Source: Perkinsus chesapeaki ATCC PRA-425 (lineage: Eukaryota; Protista; Perkinsozoa). From it: DNA of 64,000 bases. The translations under genes were made by a program, and so were the position numbers. The notes under the pieces were generated by a model. That model was not told the DNA's origin. It ran no database searches and worked only from the letters and a program-made list of their open reading frames with translations. Shown one piece after another: positions 61,444 to 64,000 of this stretch. The stretch covers positions 39,204 through 103,203 of the forward strand of contig JAAPAO010000049.1 in assembly GCA_013115145.1 (NCBI GenBank). The letters are read 5' to 3'. Position 1 is the stretch's first letter; the number at the start of each line of letters is the position of its first letter.

Positions 61444-62412
61444 ATGGCCTCTCACCTACTTCCTCCTGTCGTTCCGACTCACGCTGATGACGGAGAATCC
61501 TCTGAGGGGTCGACTCCGCCGAGCTCCGAAAGGATGGCTGCCTACCCAAGGCATCTCCCGACTGATTATTATTATCATTTGGGATTGGATACCGATATGG
61601 ATCTTCATGGTATATTTGGCAATGTCAAATTCGTGGTGCTTATGGGTTCCGCTTCAAGAGCTGAAACTTTTGCTGAAGTCATGGCAAACGCAATTGTATC
61701 CAAAGGTATGCGGAAGCCGGCAGTTGCCCGTCTTGGTAAGACTGAACGTTACAGTATGTATAAGATCGGTCCTGTTGTCTCCGTCTCTCATGGGATGGGC
61801 GGCCCTTCATTGCATATTCTATTAAATGAACTGGCTAAACTATGTGATCGTGCAGGGATTATCGACTCTGTTAAATGGATACGTATGGGTACTTCTGGTG
61901 GATGTGGTGTTCTACCAGGAACTGTGGTGGTCACTACACAAGCCATGAATGAAGAAGTTAAACCTGTTTGGAGATGCGTTCAGCTTGGTAAAGTTGTAGA
62001 GTTACCAACAGACTGTATTGACATGAGCTTCGTCGATGCGATCCTGGCATCTGTTCCGGAAGACATCAATGCGGTTAAAGGGAAAACTATGGCGGCTGAT
62101 GACTTCTACGAAGGACAGGGTCGCCTTGATGGAGCTCTTCAAACTTGGTATAATGAAGAAGATAAACTTGCCTTTATGAAGCGTCTATATGACGCAGGTG
62201 TCCGCAACATTGAAATGGAAAGTGTCGCTATGATGGGCTTCTGCAATAGAGCTGGTATTACCGCTGCCTGTGTATGCACTACTATTGTTGACCGTCTGAA
62301 GGGTGATCAAATTACGGCAACTAAACGTGAACTAGCCAAGTTCAATGAACACTCAATAACGGTTGTCACCAACTTCATAGCGGGGGCGCTCGCGGCCTCG
62401 GGTGGATGGTGA
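61444..62412 (+). CDS. UPP: Uridine phosphorylase (eukaryotic UPP1 type), intronless
   Basis: YYHLG, FVVLMGSASRA, RYSMYKIGPVVSVSHGMGGPS, IRMGTSGG, DDFYEGQGRLDG, NIEMES, VDRLKGDQI. Confidence 0.95.
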   Translation: MASHLLPPVVPTHADDGESSEGSTPPSSERMAAYPRHLPTDYYYHLGLDTDMDLHGIFGNVKFVVLMGSASRAETFAEVMANAIVSKGMRKPAVARLGKTERYSMYKIGPVVSVSHGMGGPSLHILLNELAKLCDRAGIIDSVKWIRMGTSGGCGVLPGTVVVTTQAMNEEVKPVWRCVQLGKVVELPTDCIDMSFVDAILASVPEDINAVKGKTMAADDFYEGQGRLDGALQTWYNEEDKLAFMKRLYDAGVRNIEMESVAMMGFCNRAGITAACVCTTIVDRLKGDQITATKRELAKFNEHSITVVTNFIAGALAASGGW

Positions 62413-63770
62413 GGAGCGATCATTTCCCGGCCTTGGAGAAAGAGATTCTATTGCTATTTGAAATTTCTATGAAAATCTATTATCTCCCAGTAGGAATAGA
62501 CTAGTCATTTATGTTGATTGTAAAGCATCACTAACAACTGCTGCCTGTTGAGTTTGGGCAAAGGCGAACGATCAAACGATGCCAAGCCTGCTGCAGGCAT
62601 CCTTAGAACTTCGACACTTGTATGATACAAGTTGTATCGTATGTGTGAAAGCAAGCACACGATGTTGGGTCTCCTACAGTGTATACGTAGACCTGCACGC
62701 GCACGTACGCATGCTGTACGGCTCGTTTGTGATAGGAGGATGATGAATGTCTTCTGCTTGTGTCACATGTAGTATTGTCTCTTTCGCTCGCGTATGTGCG
62801 ACTTTAGTCCACGCATGGCATACATTGCATAGCTTTGGTCTTCTAATCGGCCGCGGGTTGACGCCTCATTACTTGCCTCGCCCTTAGCGGATCTTATCAA
62901 GTGTGCACGCAAACGGTGAGGCAACAGCGCTTCTTGTTGTGATCTGTATGCTCACGACGCGAGATGGGTGGCAAGTTAGGCTCGGCTGATACGATATTGG
63001 ATATTGACAGCTTAAAGCAAACGAACAAAAAAGAAGGTCAGCAGAAGATTCTATGGTTTCGTGGTGCTACGCGGATGGCGATTATGGCCAGGGGCAGCTA
63101 GACACCGTCGGTGTATTCACCAGACCACGTCACTCCATGCCTGCAAGTGTGACCGTCTGAGTCTCTTTCTATCCTAGAGTCTAGATTCTAGAGTAGCCGA
63201 ACCCGTATAGAGCCGTGGCCTGGCGATGTAAGACAGATGACATGAGTCAACCTCGCCCAAAGCAACGGAGGCCGTAGAGAGACGATCATCGGTGCGACGC
63301 GTCGCAGACTCGAGCCCATCGATGGATAGTCTCGCATACCATACTGAGGATTGATGTACAGGAGGAAGCGAGCCCGTACTGATGACAATCACTCTTATGC
63401 CTACAAGCGAAGAGTTCCATAATGGAACTTCCATTGACTCTGTGTGCTTTGCCTCACTGTTTTAGACCGAGCTACGCCACAGGTGCCAAGCACTTTTTCC
63501 GTAGCGAAACTTTCAAGCCTTCCCACTACTCCGCCAACATCAGGCACCGATGTTCACGTTGAAGGAGGCAGTGTAGCTCGTTAAAACTCCTAGAAATTGA
63601 CACAAGGGGCGGAAAGATGTTAGGCCACGCATGAGGCGGGTATCGCACAAAAGGAGACAGAGCCGGAAGATGCGCCTAGCTGTGGTGCTAGGCTGCAGTA
63701 TCGAAGGTGCGCCATAGTATACTTCACCACATCAACCTCAAGGTCTTATCTACCTTTGATCACAAGCAAG

Positions 63771-64000
63771 ATGTCTACTGATTCTACTCCCGCTTCCAGA
63801 CATAATATTTCTCCTTATGCTCAAGCTTTGACTTGTGATCATTACTATCATCTCGGTCTTGATACCGATATGGATCTTAAGGCCCTCTTCGGTGATGTTA
63901 AGTACTTCGTTATGATGGGTTCTCCTACTCGTGCGGAAACCTTCGCCGAGGTGATGGCTAATGCCTTTGTGGAGCAGGGCCTTCCTAAGCCTACTGTAAT
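63771..64000 (+). CDS. UPP: Uridine phosphorylase paralog, 5' part, runs off the window end
   Basis: MSTDSTP...DHYYHLGLDTDMDLKALFGDVKYFVMMGSPTRAETFAEVMANA. Confidence 0.9.
   Translation, partial: MSTDSTPASRHNISPYAQALTCDHYYHLGLDTDMDLKALFGDVKYFVMMGSPTRAETFAEVMANAFVEQGLPKPTV

Noticed and set aside
48872-62412. pyrF plus uridine phosphorylases as a pyrimidine gene cluster
   Set aside because: They are separated by ~11 kb containing six unrelated genes, with no evidence of functional clustering.
62420-63760. Short ORFs and CG/TA-rich tracts between the UPP paralogs
   Set aside because: No TIR/TSD, RNA-gene fold or protein motif could be supported, so it is treated as intergenic.

Overview
A gene-dense eukaryotic window with short introns, about 80-110 bp between co-oriented genes, and long single-strand gene blocks. 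Gene content and architecture resemble a Perkinsus-like alveolate (inference; no database check was possible). Housekeeping and metabolic genes: SAP18 3' end, two TMEM62-like metallophosphoesterases, four intronless amino-acid permeases, a secreted Hog (Hint) protein, a CCCH protein, GPI8, a PPR protein, a type IIC Na+/K+-ATPase, DapL, two secreted paralogs, an NHL protein, POLD3, OMP decarboxylase, RBBP9, a CDK, a Shewanella-like phosphatase, a PGAP4-like glycosyltransferase, an UNC-93-like MFS, a GT47 and a uridine phosphorylase array. The accessory core (14.2-24.4 kb) is a tRNA-Met gene flanked by two mobile elements. The first is a young, full-length ~7 kb LTR retrotransposon with Bel/Pao-like enzymes. 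Its integrase ends in two Tudor-like domains, and the last of these is encoded inside the LTR. It also has a canonical G-GGA-AAC -1 frameshift site, an RRM-like Gag C-terminus in place of a zinc knuckle, and an RNaseH/integrase frame break that a short, structure-masked intron would repair exactly. The second is a 2.7 kb PIF/Harbinger deletion derivative with 24-bp TIRs, a CAG TSD, GATC-packed ends and two Myb/SANT-like genes. Exon boundaries were read by eye and are approximate.
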